Origin: Heteronotia binoei
Taxonomy: Eukaryota
Assembly (NCBI RefSeq): GCF_032191835.1
Contig: NC_083228.1
Span: forward strand, 79,670,001-79,734,000
Direction of reading: 5' to 3'
DNA: 64,000 nt
Position numbers and translations under genes: made by a program
The notes under the pieces: model-generated
Databases searched by the model: none
What the model was told of the DNA's origin: nothing
Seen by the model: only the letters and a program-made list of their open reading frames with translations
Shown here: one piece after another, positions 21,571 through 34,884 of the stretch
Numbering within the stretch: the first letter of the stretch is position 1
How the letters are laid out: the number at the start of each line of letters is the position of its first letter

Positions 21571-22687
21571 TGTACGTACTCTCTAGCACAGATTGGGACA
21601 CTTGGCTTACGGGATTTCAAAATGGGACCATTTGGATTTATCTTTTAATTAACTTAACCTGATAGGTGATTTTCAAAAACAACATGATGTCATATGCAAG
21701 CCACCATCTTTAATAGTACAAATATAAGGAAGCTGGAGCATTGGGACTTTTACATAGTTAAATTTATTGGCAAAATAATGTGTATTGCTGCTTTCTATCA
21801 GTTTAATTATGATCTTCATATATCAGGGTAAATTCTAGCTGTTTTGTGTTTATTATGCATTTGAACATTCAGTCATAATATGGGCATTATGCTGTGTTTA
21901 TGAACAACTGTGTAACTGTCGTCATATGTAAAGAGCTGATATGTGAAACATTTGTGGGTAGGCCTCCTGAGGTCTGGAGAATCATGACTTCCAATTTGAC
22001 CCTATGTAAGGATGATATACCTCCCCCATTTTCACCACTTGCATGTAGCCCCCAAAAGGCAGGACCAGTTCAAATGTACTGATCTGCCATTTGTTGCTGT
22101 TGAAAAGACCTTGCTCATTATGACAGTCTACCTGCAGGGGCTAACATTTGAATACTGTTCAATGTGATTGTCCCCAACATAGTGATCCATTAATTTTGCA
22201 TATCCATGGAGATTACTGATGCTGGCACGCTAACACTGCACATACTTGGACAAGTGCACAGGGAAAGAAGAGTCCTCACATCTGGACTGCAACATGGGTA
22301 AGGGATTTTCAGCAGCAACCACACACAGATTAGGATTTCCTTCAGACACCTCATTTTGACATAGCATATTCTTCCTGAACCATGTTGCTGTTGTGTTTGT
22401 GTGTGGGGAAATCCAAGTTCAATTGTCTTTTGGCCATGAAGCTCACTAGATGACCTTTGGCAAGACTTTATTTATCAGCCAAATCTAAATTCAAAGGAAA
22501 ATATAACCTTTTAACCCAGATAATAGACATGAGCTATATTCCCGTAGAACAGACTTCGAGTCATTTCTCCATGACATCACAGTAACAGGGATCCCTTTGT
22601 GGTCTTAATTTAAAGGGTGACTGGAGTCCACAACATCTTTGTGCATAAAAATAGTGCTAACCTATGGTTTTCCTTTTTCTGCTCTAG

Positions 22688-22765
22688 GTACCTGAAGTGA
22701 AGGCTAAGTTCTCTCCCAATCCTTCTGCAGTTTTCCAGGCTTCATCTCGCATCCTTAATGTATGA
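22688..22765 (+). CDS. MAP6D1: MAP6D1 coding exon 3, VPEVKAKFSPNPSAVFQASSRILNV-stop
   Basis: Long pyrimidine tract plus ctctag acceptor; matches recalled human [26 protein letters not shown]; TGA at 22763..22765. Confidence 0.95.
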   Translation, partial: VPEVKAKFSPNPSAVFQASSRILNV

Positions 22766-23702
22766 ATCTGGATCACACATATTTCCTGTTTAGGCAGCTT
22801 GAATGTTAAAATTGTAAAAATGTACTGCTATGCAATTTTAATGAGTGGGGTTGAGATAAGAGGAAGTATAATTCAGAATTGCTACAGTAATTATCAGGAT
22901 GTATGCATCTGTTATGAACATGTAAATCATAAAAGCACATGAGTTGGAGACTGCATAACATACTGTGAAGAATGACCTATTTTCATAGAAATGGGCTCAT
23001 TACTGATTAGGCTGGCATCATGCTTAAGGCACTGAATTTGGATAGCAACAGCAACATGAGACAACGTGCATCTGCCTAAATACACAGGTGGCAGGTCAAG
23101 GTTTGTAGCAAAACAAAATCCCCATAGATCAGTAAAAGGGACTCTGAATGGCTTTTGAACTTTTTATTTTATATCTGGGAGTCCATCTCAGAAATGATCT
23201 CCTGTTGTTGCAGGAACTATGGTGTCTCAGGGTTGGTATTATGACCCTTTACCGATTTGTCCCAGAGCATTGTTTGTTCTGAAGGGATTTTTGAGGACAT
23301 TTGGAAAAAGTAGAAGCAAAGCTCTGCCTTTCTAAGACTTCTTGATATTAGATGCTTTCTGGGTTCCCTCTTTTATCCTGACTTAACTCATTCCACAATG
23401 TCCTTTGGTAGAGGATGTAGCTCATATCAGATTCTTTTTCTATTGGAGAAACATGTTATCAGCATCCCTAGCCTCCATAGAACTCTGCATCATTACCTGT
23501 GAGGTTGGCCAAAACCAAATCCTGTGTACTTCAAGGCTAGGTAAAAATTCCCTTCATGTTAACAATTATTCTGACACACCAGAGTTCCTCCAATAAGAAG
23601 GAACAAGTTGTAATTTTGGATGTGAAAAATCTAGGCTCTATCCAAAATGCATTATATTGATAATAAGTTTCAGTAAACTTAAGGACATTACCACAAATTA
23701 GG

Positions 23703-23941
23703 GGACAGCCAGTGTGGTGTGGTTGTAAATAGTTTTGGACTAATATCTGGAAGATCCAGGTTCAAATGCCCACTTGTGCCACAGAAGCTCTCTGGGTGAC
23801 CTTGGGCCAGTCACAGGTTTTCAGCCTAATCTACCTCACAAGGTTGTTGTGAGGATAAAATGGAGGTGAGAAGAATGACGTAAGCTGCTTTGGGTTGCCA
23901 TTGGGGAGAAAAGCAGGATAGAAATTAAATAAATAAATAAA
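23703..23941 (+). mobile_element. MIR/Ther1-like SINE (older subfamily) with (AAAT)n tail
   Basis: B box ggttcaaatgccc; CORE-like gtgaccttgggccagtcac; ctacctcacaaggttgttgtgaggataaaatg. Confidence 0.85.
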
Positions 23942-25785
23942 GTGGAAAGTTTAGAAGTGGTGGTGACTATTTATTTTGTATCACTGAATCCCACAGAGTC
24001 TTGACATTAAAGCATCCTAATAAGGATTCTGAATCATACAAATACAACTAAAAGCACAATATACAGTTGTTAGATTACAGCAGCAATAAATCTTTACTAA
24101 CTTAAATGGCTGACATCTAGGAGGCTTGGTATAACAAACGACTACACAAAGAAATTTAACTTTACTAGCAAGAGGAGCATTTATGTATTTCTTCAAAAAT
24201 TGCATTCCAAAACTTTGGCACTGCTATTTTGAAGGCTTGGATTGACCTTTAATGCTGTGTGTGAGAAGAGTCAGTTTTTCAAAACAACAACACAACAGCA
24301 ACAACATAAAAAACCCCTACAACATTCCTGACAAAGTACCAACATTTATTGGGAAATAGTAGCACTATCTTTAACTTAGAGAATTGTTAATAGACCACTC
24401 TAAAGCAATGACTGACTTTTCACAGTGCAATTTAATGTGAGTGTATATACTGTATTTAAAGATGATGTATGGCTTTTTTTCATTAAAAAGAGTACACTTA
24501 TTATTTTATTAACCCTTTTAATATGTAAGGTAGAAAATTTATTGCCTTGAAAATCTTATAATTATTGCTTGTGCATCAGAAACGCTAGTACTAGATAAAT
24601 GAATATTACATACTGGAGTTATTTTTAAGTTATGTTATTCTACCAGTGATTTTGTAGTTAATCTTGTCTAGGGTCCCCATTTCTTAGTGATAGTTCAGTT
24701 CCTCATATTGTATTCTTTTATCTGGGAGATGTATAAAATATGAGCTTTATAATTTCTTTTCATTCATGTTGCCCTGATCTCAGGGACTCTGGCATGCATG
24801 TGTGGACTCTCTGATGTGCACATGGATCTTCTACTCACAGATGAGTTTCACTGGACTGCAGAACTGGGATGACTGCATAGGTAGCAAGAGCTCTGTGTAT
24901 GCCTTGGTGTCTCAGAGAGCTTTAGGTGAGAGTTCTTAAATCTGACACTGGCTTATTAGAATGAAGGAAATATTGCTCACAACTGGCTGTCAATCTTTCC
25001 TTCCCTCTTGAGATATGCACTGAACAAGAAAGTATCATTGTTTGACATAATTCAGGGAAATTTAGGCATACCCAAATCCCATTGATTGATAAGGCTAAAG
25101 TATAGCTGCATGCATACATTGTATTGTTTTCAGTGGGATTTAGATGTGCCAAACTTGATTGAATCCATCAACCAGGATTCCAAGAGCAACTTTAGATATG
25201 CCCAAGCACTCAGGCATACTCAATTGTATTTTTAATGAGGTTGTTTTGTTTTGTTTTTTCATTGACCACTAGCCTCACATGCTATTTCACAAACTACTTC
25301 GCAAATGTTTCCATTTTAGAAGCAATTTTCCAGGCAGCATGAGAATTGAGGTGGGTCTACTTTTGGAGTGACACATGTACAGACTCCCCCAGGACATTGT
25401 TCTTGGAGCCCAGTCACCATATTTTTTGTAACTGAGTGAAAGACCACATTGTTTGTTTCAAGTTTGCTAGTGAGAACATTTTCCTCTGGAGTGGGGGAAG
25501 AATCATTCCCCCCCCTCCCCCAGGAACTTAGTTAAAATATTCTTATTTGCATGTTGAATGTTCTGAGTAAACAAACTTGTTAGTACTGCTTGATTGATCT
25601 TTTTCTGATGTCTTTAAACAGTTTTTCACTAATTCAGTTAATTGCAGTCTTGAATTTTACTAAGCAAATTACTGTCCATTCTGCCTATTTGGTTTAAGAT
25701 GTTAATTTAATATATTTATTTTAAAAAAAGATGAAAGCAACAAAACTAAACATGAAGTTTGTATTTTATGGAGTAAAAATAATTT

Positions 25786-25791
25786 AATAAA
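25786..25791 (+). terminator. Candidate distal MAP6D1 polyadenylation signal
   Basis: AATAAA in an AU-rich stretch followed by a TTCTTTTCTGTCTTTTTGTTT downstream element; assignment is inference. Confidence 0.35.
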
Positions 25792-26847
25792 ATGTATTTT
25801 GGCTACAAGTTCTTTTCTGTCTTTTGTTTAATGGAAACTATTGAGAGATGTGCTCTGGTGCAGGAACAAATAGTTTAATCAAGAGTTCTCAGTGAGAAAG
25901 GTCGGCTACAGATCAGTTAATTAATTGAAAGCTGCACATCAACTGATGTGTTGGTAGAGTTCTCTCCCCTTCCCTTAAAATGTGATGTGATTTTTGGACT
26001 GGGGCATCTGGTTCTGAACTTGGACTGAACCTGCTAGTACTAATTTCCGCTGTACCAAACAACTTACAGCAATGTTGTTTTGTGTTCCTGGGAGGGAAAT
26101 TCTGCATGGGAAACCTGTCTCTCATAATAAATGTCTTGCACAGGATCAGAGCATTGCTCTTCACATGATATATTATATATGTCTGGACTGAAGCATGACC
26201 CTAGATGGAACATGCTCCACTTTAGAAGCAACCGCCAGAAGCCTGTGTTCCAATAAGACTATGGGAAGAAACCACAGTGATACGGGAAACAAGAGTTGGA
26301 GTTCTGGTCAGAGCCTACACATTTTCCAGACATAGTTCTGATCAAATCAAAGTTTGTCATGATGGAGTCAGCTCTCCTCATATTTGTGGACACTGTGCAA
26401 CCTCTACTGTGTGTTTGTTGGCACCATGCTGCAACCACATCAGTGAACAGGTATCTGTTATCAGATTCCCACTGCAAGTGTGAATGTGAATTGAACATCT
26501 ATCCTTCTGAAGATATATGCTCACTTCCCATAGCAGAATGCTTAGGTATTTTAAAAAATTGAGGTAGGAAGTGGCTTTGGAGCTGTTTCCAGAATGGCTT
26601 CAGCAACTTTTTACATAAGTAGGATTACACAGGAGTAACATTATGCAGTCACAGTGGTGCTTCCTGCTATAGTAAATCAGAAATAGGTATAATCATTTAA
26701 TTTACAAAGTAAAAAAATTATTCAAAATTTAAAGCCACTTCATACCTGGGAAGCACTTTAGTGTAGTAAATATTACAAACCCCACTCCCCACATGCAGAT
26801 TATTATGCAATAACTATACAGCTATGTGTTGGGCTGTGACCTTGTAG

Positions 26848-26997
26848 TAGGGTTGCCAGCCTCCAGGTGGGGCCTGGAGATCTCCCAGGATTACAACTGC
26901 TTTGGAGGGTAGACCTAGGTATTATACCCAGCTGAGGTCCCTGCCCTCCGCAGCTCAACTATTCCAAGAATTTTCCAAGGTGGAGTTGGCATTCCTA
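26848..26997. mobile_element. Old hAT-type MITE (TAGGGTTGCCA termini)
   Basis: tagggttgccag / ttggcattccta; candidate TSD ccttgtag / tctagtag; related copy about 33370..33600. Confidence 0.6.
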
Positions 26998-28189
26998 TCT
27001 AGTAGATACCGTAATCTCAGTGGATATTATAAGCTGTAAAGAGTTCACAGTGCTCTCGTTCACATTATGTTCAATGTATGAATCAGTTCTAAGATTCCTC
27101 TCCCAACTCATTTAATCTGTTTTTTAAAATAGCCTTTTTCTGGTAGCAGTCAGTTGCTATAGCAACATGCTCTTCAAGCCTTGCTATCATACAGCAATTT
27201 TTAAAACTGATCTCTTTCTACTATCGACTTATTCATAAAGTGAATATTTTAGAAAAACTACAGGTCAAGGAAAAGTGAAGCATCATTTTATTTTTAAGGC
27301 TACATAGCTTATTGACAACTGGGGTGCAGCAATCTGTAGACACAATATAAGAAACAAATACTGGATAGGTCTAACTGACCAGGTGGGATTGAAGTGTATA
27401 AATTTAATAGATATCCCAATTCAAGACTTTGGTGAAAGTGTAAAATTTGGATGGCAGCAGTAGTTAATAAGACACTTTGTAGATATTTTTACTTCAGCGT
27501 AAGACTCAGCACTTTGGCTAGAAGGATGTCTGATCCCTTTCCCCACTTTGCTTCTGTTTCATAGCCAAAGGGGCATATAGTACACTCAGTAGGGATCAGT
27601 CTCCACTGGAGAGAGAGGGAGGTTACTGTATGCTATGTCCTCATAGGCAACAGGGATCTGAGTATTGTACATAAGGATCAACAATTATAGTGAATGTTGT
27701 GAAAGGAGTACAAAATGAATGTTCATATGACTCTGAAGTTCTTCAAGTTAACTTTTGAATATATTTTAATTAATTTAAAAGTTTTGTATCCTCTTTTCAA
27801 CTCAAATGTTTCCCAGGAGGCTAACAGGTAAACTAAAAACAGTACATAAAAATAAATTACATGCCTATAAAATATTGCACAAACCTAAGAATGCAAGAAT
27901 TTTACCTACAGAGGGAACAGAGAAATATGAGTACTTTTTTTTAACTTGTACCTGAAGCTAGATAAAGTGGATACCAGGCAAATGAAGGGTTTTCCAGAGT
28001 TGGGATGCTACTACTGAGATGATCCTGTCTCTCTTGTATTAAGTGAATCAACAGACAATTAACAAGTGATATATAACTTGTATGGTAGTTGCTTGAAAGT
28101 CAGTATTGACAGTTCTTATTATAGTATAAAAAGTTGTTTTTCAGAGCATGAAAAAAAAAGGCTAGAATTCTAGGGAAGCAGGAGCTTTG

Positions 28190-28540
28190 ATTTATGTCTA
28201 AATGTCAATAAGTGCAATTTTTTCAAGAGTTGTGGAATATACTCTCAGTTGTTAATGACTGTCGGTCAACTTGACACAATAATATGAAAATTGGAAGCTT
28301 CCATTCCCTGAAGACAACTGATGTGTACAGCTCACTATAATAGCTTAATCTGGATGGGATCAGAGCATGGATAACCTTGACAAAATCTTGTTTATCCAGG
28401 AAAGACCACAAGAGGCACACCGACCAAGACATGGCAAAGGTACTGCCTTTCACAGCTGATACCTGTGCTATGGTCCCAATAGCATATCTTAATTGAAAGC
28501 TTGCTCTTGCATGGCTAGCATACCACCACAACTGCCTGGG
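28190..28540 (-). mobile_element. Ancient L2 RT fragment
   Basis: ORF 28223..28531 contains VIHALIPSRLSYYSELY, a degenerate VIHAxVTSRLDYCNALY. Confidence 0.6.
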
Positions 28541-29461
28541 TTACCAGTCTGTACCTCAGTTGTTGCTTCATCATGTATGCAAATGCCTCATTTAAACAAT
28601 ATACTGCATGAGCACAAAGTCCCATATGCAAGTTTTCCTGCCACAGTATTGCATTTAAATTAGGCTTTATCCACTGGTGAGGACGTGTGCTGCCATTCAA
28701 GGGACAAGATTAGAGGCAGTTCTCAGGCCATAGTACATATGAGGATGGTGATTCAGCAGTCCACCCTATGTTAGCCAAAATGCCTTTTCAAGTTAATTTG
28801 GGGAATTTTAGTCAATTAGGTAAGATGGCAAAAATTAGTGCAGGGTCAATGACCTATGTATACCAGAGTCAGTATTTCCCAGGAGCCCTTAAGTCAATGA
28901 TGAGATTTTGGATACAAAGTAAATTATTAAAGGAAACTCAAGCATAGAAGAGAAAAATCATACATTCATCACATAGTTCAGAACTAAGAAAAATAGCTGG
29001 AAAAGGAAAGGGACATTTGTATTAGCAGTAATATTGTTGGTGGGTAATATGTTACTTGTCCAGGCGAGAAGCAGAGACTTGGCAGCGAAGAAAGGGAGGT
29101 GGAAGACCTACGAGATGACCAGCATCACACAGACAAGGACCCAAACTGATTAGGAGCAGGGGTGGCTCTTCCAGAAAGGTAGCAGCCAGGAAAGAGTAAC
29201 ACTTGAATGGCAGAAGGGTCTCCCTTAAGTAGCCAAATTTGTGACTTGAACCAGGGTCCCATGGTGGGATTACCTGGCCAGTCAATGGTTCCCAGGAAAT
29301 TTGACAATAGAACTCAGAGAGCAATTAATGTTTCTCTGAGTAGAAACATAAAGAAAACCAGAACGGACAACTTAGGGTCTGATGGCTTGCTGTAGTGACA
29401 CCTGTTGGGGAATGATGGGAAACAAGTGATTGGGAGGGGAGATGAGTAGCAGGATCTAGCC

Positions 29462-30335
29462 ATTGGCACCAGTGCGTGAAGTCAGGAGCTTGGGAGTGCT
29501 ATTGGAGTCCTCCTTGACAATGGAGGCCCGGATAGCGGCCACTGCCAAATCCGCCTTTTTTCATCTTAGACGGGCAAGGCAGTTGGCCCCCTTCTTGGAG
29601 CGAGGTGACCTGGCAACAGTGATCCATGCAACGGTCACCTCGAGATTAGACTACTGTAATGCCCTCTACATGGGGCTGCCCTTGTACCGAACGCGGAAAC
29701 TACAGCTGGTGCAGAACGCAGCAGCCAGGCTGCTAGTGGGACTACCCCGGTGGGAACACGTGTGGCCTAGGCTGCGGGAACTGCACTGGCTGCCAATTGT
29801 GTACCGGGTTCGTTACAAGGTGCTGGTTATCACCTATAAAGCCCTATATGGCCAAGGACCTGCCTACCTCAGGGACCGCCTCTCTCCATATGTTCCCCAG
29901 AGGGCACTGCGTTCCAGTTCACAAAATATTTTGGAAATCCCTGGGCCTAAGGAAGCCAAACTTAAAACAACTAGGGAGCTGGCCTTCTCCATAAAAGTGC
30001 CCCAATGGTGGAATCAGCTACCGGAGGAGGTGCGGGCCCTGCGGGACCTCAACCAGTTCCGCAGGGCCTGCAAAACCGTCCTCTTCCAAGAAGCCTTCAA
30101 GACGTGACCAGACTGAATATTACGCTGCCTGTATAAATAGAGACTGTAGCACCACCATATAGTTTTTAGCTTTTTAACATTAATTTATATTTGTATCTGT
30201 ATTTGTATTTATATTGTGAATTGATTTTACCTGTATTGTCATATCATGATACTATATCATGACAGATTGTAAGCCGCCCTGAGCCTGCCCTGGCGGGGAG
30301 GGCGGGGTATAAATAAAACTTATTATTATTATATT
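29462..30335 (+). mobile_element. Young 5'-truncated L2 LINE with uninterrupted ORF2 C-terminal 214 codons
   Basis: ORF 29463..30107 open to the natural stop; CpGs retained; 3' stem and (TAT)n tail; candidate TSD atctagcc / atctggcc. Confidence 0.93.
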
Positions 30336-31686
30336 ATCTGGCCTATGACCTTGGGAAGGTGAAGAGATTCATCCAACAATGGTCTATTGTCAGAGGTGCT
30401 GTTTGAATGGGTGGCAGGAAGACTTCTTTGTCCATAGGTACTATGATTGCCTCATATCAGTTTCTTTGTGTCTAGCTGGGCAGCTGACATCTGAATAACC
30501 AAAGCTTGATGCAAGGACTCTGGAATGTAGTATGTGTGGTATGTAGTCTTCATGACTGCTACAGGAGAATAGTGTGTCATTTTGAAATCCCCAGGAACAT
30601 GGCTTCACCCAAGTCTGCTGCTGGTCTGGTCTCTGTGAAGACATGGTTCCAGTGGTTTGCAACAGGATGGCAGGCAGCTGGGGGTGAAGCATGGTCCAAG
30701 GTCCTTATGTTTCTGTGGGCAACTCTATCCACAGTGCAACAGTCCATGTGAGAGGTGCTTTATACCTTATGGCTCAGCACCAGGATAGTCCATAAAGGCC
30801 AAGTGTCCAAAGCTGGCTTGGCGTGAGTGCCAGTATATACACTGTACATTAGACCTCATAGTTAAGTGTGGATCTTGCTAGGAATCATGGCTCTTGAGGG
30901 GGGCTAGTTTTTTATTTATAAATATCTATGGACTCAAAATATAACCAAAAAGAAGCTTCTCCATTGCAGAGAGGAACTCAGGCAGTGATACTTGTGTTAG
31001 ACTACTAGTATTACAAGAACATTCCTATTTCCCCCTCCTGAAATATTGAAGAATATGCAGGAGGGTTTGTAAAACTAGCTCTTCCTCTCCAAGAGAAGTC
31101 ATGGCAGGCTAATGGTTTTCAGGAATGCAATATCAAGGTATTGGTCTTGGGCTTTGTTTTGGATTTTGCATGAAATAGTATAGCTGTTACACTTTTTTTT
31201 AAAATAAAAGGAACTTGCTTTTTGGGGCAAGGAAACAAAGGCCAGAAATCACCTAGTCACCATAAAGCACCGGAAGGTTGGAATATGTGATGCATGCTCA
31301 ACTGATAGTGAAACCTGATAAAAGCACATTTAAAACTGGCTGTTTTTTATAACTGTGAAGTACTTCAGCTGTCTCATGTGAATTTGGTCTAAGGCTAACT
31401 CTCGCCCATTTCTGTTGTTCCAACTTCCTTTGGCACTGATAGCCCTGTGACAAAGTGAATTTTGTGCTGCTTTGGAAGAATAAGCCACATGATCCCTCTG
31501 TGTAAAACAATGAATTAGCAATAGAACTGAGAGTAATGAGTGGTGTTCCATCTGGGCAGAAGCATAATGTTGCAGGGAAGAGTTCTGCATTAACATGGAA
31601 CCTGTCAATCCTTTCCTCACTTCAAAAAAGCAGCATGGGCTCAGAACAGGAAAAAAGCCCAACCCCATAATAGTTTACAAAGAAAA

Positions 31687-31692
31687 TTTATT
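31687..31692 (-). terminator. Probable YEATS2 polyadenylation signal (AATAAA on minus strand); 3' UTR about 1.4 kb
   Basis: TTTATT on plus; GU/U-rich downstream element on minus. Confidence 0.6.
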
Positions 31693-33120
31693 GTAAAATG
31701 TATTTTACACAATTATACATTATAGTACAGGCAGTACAGGAGTTAAGCAATGGACCAATTTGGACAACTGTTTGTAAGGCAGTCTTCAACTGACTGGCAG
31801 AGTATTGCTCTGCTCCAACAAGAGCAATCTGTATATGTGAAAGCTGCTTTAATCTAGTTTAACCTTTACCAAAAGTTAATCTTGTTAGAGTAATTTTCCA
31901 ATGAAAAGAGGGAAAAAACCTAAATGAAAAATTAAATCTGATGCATGCTAGATTTTGACAGATATTTTTAGGTGTTCTGAGAAGTAGCACTTTCGTTCCC
32001 ACAAGGGTCAAGTGCCACCTTTCAAAAAGCAGCTGTTAATGTTAGACTGATGATCAATATTGAAAGAAACATTAATATATGATACATTAACTTTCCTACA
32101 AGAAAAATCAAATTATAAACTGGCAGTCAAAATTATATGAGAGGGTTAGCTACATGCTAATTAACTGGCCTGTGAACTGGAAGAGGCCATATACGGACAG
32201 TACAGCTTGAGTGTTTTTCAAAATTCACTTTTAGTATTTGGAGTGTTAAAGCTCTTAATCTATGAAGCTAGCAAAGGGCTTGAAGGAAGTAGATTCTCCT
32301 CCACTTCATTTTGTACCAACTGCCTACTTTAATATGGGTTACATCATTCCTAAGATCAGGAATTCAAATGAAGGGGCTTTTCCCTATTTAATATTTTCAG
32401 TCAGCCAGCAAAGTAAGGTTTGCTCACAATCAGCAAAAAACAACGGGCAGCTCTCCAACTATAAAAGCTTTATTTTCCAGCCAAGCAAATGATCTCAAGC
32501 CAATGGCAGTTCATAGGACAAAAAGGCAAAATCTTATCACTTACAGCATGAATGACATTTATTGCCCAACCAAGTGACATCAAGCTGTGACCACTTCCAT
32601 TAATGAAAATCTGTTCTGAGAGTTTACTTTGTCATTTTGCACCACAATTGGATAATTATTCACAGCTTTCAAGTGTACTTGTCACACAGTGCCATCCTAA
32701 GAAGAGCTGTACCCTTCTAAGTCCAATGACTTCTAAGGGGGTACCTGCACGTTAAGTCACTCACTGACTTTCATCTCCATGCCAGGGGCTGTTAACCTCC
32801 CAAAGGCATCTTTAGATTATTCTTATGGGGGTCCTATGTAATGAATAATTTTCATACTAGAAGCATATCCCCAATAACTTAGGCCATGATCTAATGGATT
32901 AATCAGAACTGTTACAGCAAGATGACTTAGGAACAACTACCAATTAAATCTGATAGCAATATTTTAAACTTATTAAAAAGTTACTTTTGTTTCCTTAAAA
33001 AAATCCCCTTCCCCAAATTAGAACCTTACTTTATAGTATTCAAGTATCTTGTTACTGCAAGGTAACCTAGCTCTTTAGAACTAAAGTACATATTCAGACA
33101 TTGTCACTTTTCAGCCCAGA

Positions 33121-33229
33121 TCACTGTTCTTCACTCAGTATTCCCATATGCTTGTTTGTAAGGAAGTCCAGAAAGGGAATGTTACAGATGGCTTGGTGGA
33201 TATTCATCACAGTGATCTCTCTTGGCATC
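33121..33229 (-). CDS. YEATS2: YEATS2 last coding exon, (R)MPREITVMNIHQAICNIPFLDFLTNKHMGILSEEQ-stop
   Basis: ttctccag acceptor; TGA; matches the YEATS2 C-terminus (histone-fold region). Confidence 0.97.
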
Positions 33230-33300
33230 CTGGAGAAAAAAAATAAACCAAAGGAATGTAAGAAGTTAAGCATCTGTTTAGCATTCTGTAAGCAAATGGT

Positions 33301-33302
<2 letters not shown>

Positions 33303-33334
<32 letters not shown>
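33303..33334. repeat. (AT)n microsatellite in the last YEATS2 intron
   Basis: Direct read. Confidence 0.95.
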
Positions 33335-33337
<3 letters not shown>

Positions 33338-33971
33338 ATAAATGTGGAAAATAACATATAGCCATGTACAAAGGGTTGCTAGCTCCAGCTTTGGAAATTC
33401 TGGGAGATTTGGAGGTAGTGCCTTGGGAGCATGGAGTTTGGGGAGGCAGCTTAGCGGGGATGTGATGTCACACTAGGACTTCTGTTTCTCCTAAACGTTA
33501 TGGTATACCATGAAGTTTGTCCCCAAGGCTGCTGTTTCTTCCTGGGGAACTGATCTCTAAATCTGGAGATTAGTGGTAATTTGGGAAGAGTTCCAGACCG
33601 CACCTTGTATGAACATGTTGTAGAGTGTGATTTACGAAGTAAGAGCCCATATTTTAATTCCATGTTTTCTTAAAAAATACGCAAGTGATACTTAATGTAG
33701 ACAAAAGGATATATAGATGTATTTTTCCAAATTACACCTCATATCTATGGCCGGGTTTCAAAGAACTAGGCAAGCAGAGTGGAATTTCTTTACTTGAATA
33801 GCAGGCCCCCACAGTGTCACAGAACAAGCTACTCTTGAAAGCTTCCTCAGCTTAAAGAGTAGCCTGCTATGTGGCCCTGGTTGTGGGACTATTTGAGAAA
33901 TTCAACTACAAAGTCTCTCTGGGCATCCAGCACAAGTGAGCAGAAAATATGAAATTATAACTTGTGAAAGT

Positions 33972-34115
33972 TCAGGACTCACCTGATCTGCTCAGATCTT
34001 GGAAGCTAAGCAGGGTCAATCCTGGCTAGCATTTAGATGGGCAACCTCCAAGGAAAACCAGGGGCATAAAAAGGCAGGAAATGACAAACTACCTCTGAAA
34101 TGTCTCTGCCTTAAA
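33972..34115 (+). mobile_element. 5S rRNA-derived SINE (5S-Sauria-like)
   Basis: cctgatctgctcagatcttggaagctaagcagggtc is the 5S internal control region, followed by a non-5S body. Confidence 0.75.
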
Positions 34116-34396
34116 AACAAGTCTAGCTCACCACCTAGCGGTGCATAATGCTAAAAGAGCAAGAATTGGCTGCCAGGTAATCCCAGGATCTCCTGGCTAT
34201 ACTACACACACAGCCATGTGATAATAATAATTATTATTACTACTCACCTGGAGACCAACAGCATTACATAATTTTAAAATTAGTATTTTTACTGTAGCCT
34301 CTAAAATAATACAGAATTCCACATCATCATATGAAAACATACCATGCCTATATACTTAGGATCTGCAAAGTGCATGTGATAGAAGATTAAGTTTAC

Positions 34397-34470
34397 CTAT
34401 TGTGAGGAGCTCTTTGGTAGCCAATAGCCACTGCTTCTCTTAATATATCACTTGCCAATTGTTCTGTGGC
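34397..34470 (-). CDS. YEATS2: YEATS2 exon ATEQLASDILREAVAIGYQRAPHN(R)
   Basis: cag acceptor and gtaaac donor; 74 nt; phase matches both neighbours. Confidence 0.95.
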
Positions 34471-34809
34471 CTGTTACAGAGGAAATTTCAAAGAGGGAGA
34501 GAATATAAACAACAAAGGTATATTTTTAAATAATTTTGTCTTGTTTTATAACCCTCAGGTATCCTAATTCCCAAATACTATGTATAAGCTCACTGACCAC
34601 ATAACACCAATATGAAGTTATAGATTTATTTCATCTGTCAAGCTGAATGCTATACAACTTCTGGGCACACCTTTACTAAAATGTGCCTTAATCCTACATA
34701 GTTAGGGCTTTAGGCATGCTTGGCTTAATTTTTCTGCACTTCCCTAAACAGGTTACATTTTTGAGTATCATAGTTTTGCATTGCTGAATAAAAGAGGAAT
34801 ACTGCTTAC

Positions 34810-34884
34810 CTTTAAAATCATATCTTCTATTACTGAGGCATAAATATTCTTATGCAGCTCTACAGGCTGAAAGGAAATTCCAAT
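34810..34884 (-). CDS. YEATS2: YEATS2 exon IGISFQPVELHKNIYASVIEDMILK
   Basis: tag acceptor and gtaagc donor; 75 nt. Confidence 0.95.

Noticed and set aside
28990-30850. Unannotated gene between MAP6D1 and YEATS2
   Set aside because: Short ORFs with no splice-consistent chain; the long ORF is L2 RT, and the flanks look like decayed repeat of undetermined family.
33972-34070. 5S rRNA gene
   Set aside because: Diverged, lacks the 5S 5' end and T-run terminator, and continues into a SINE body; same for the 55138 copy.
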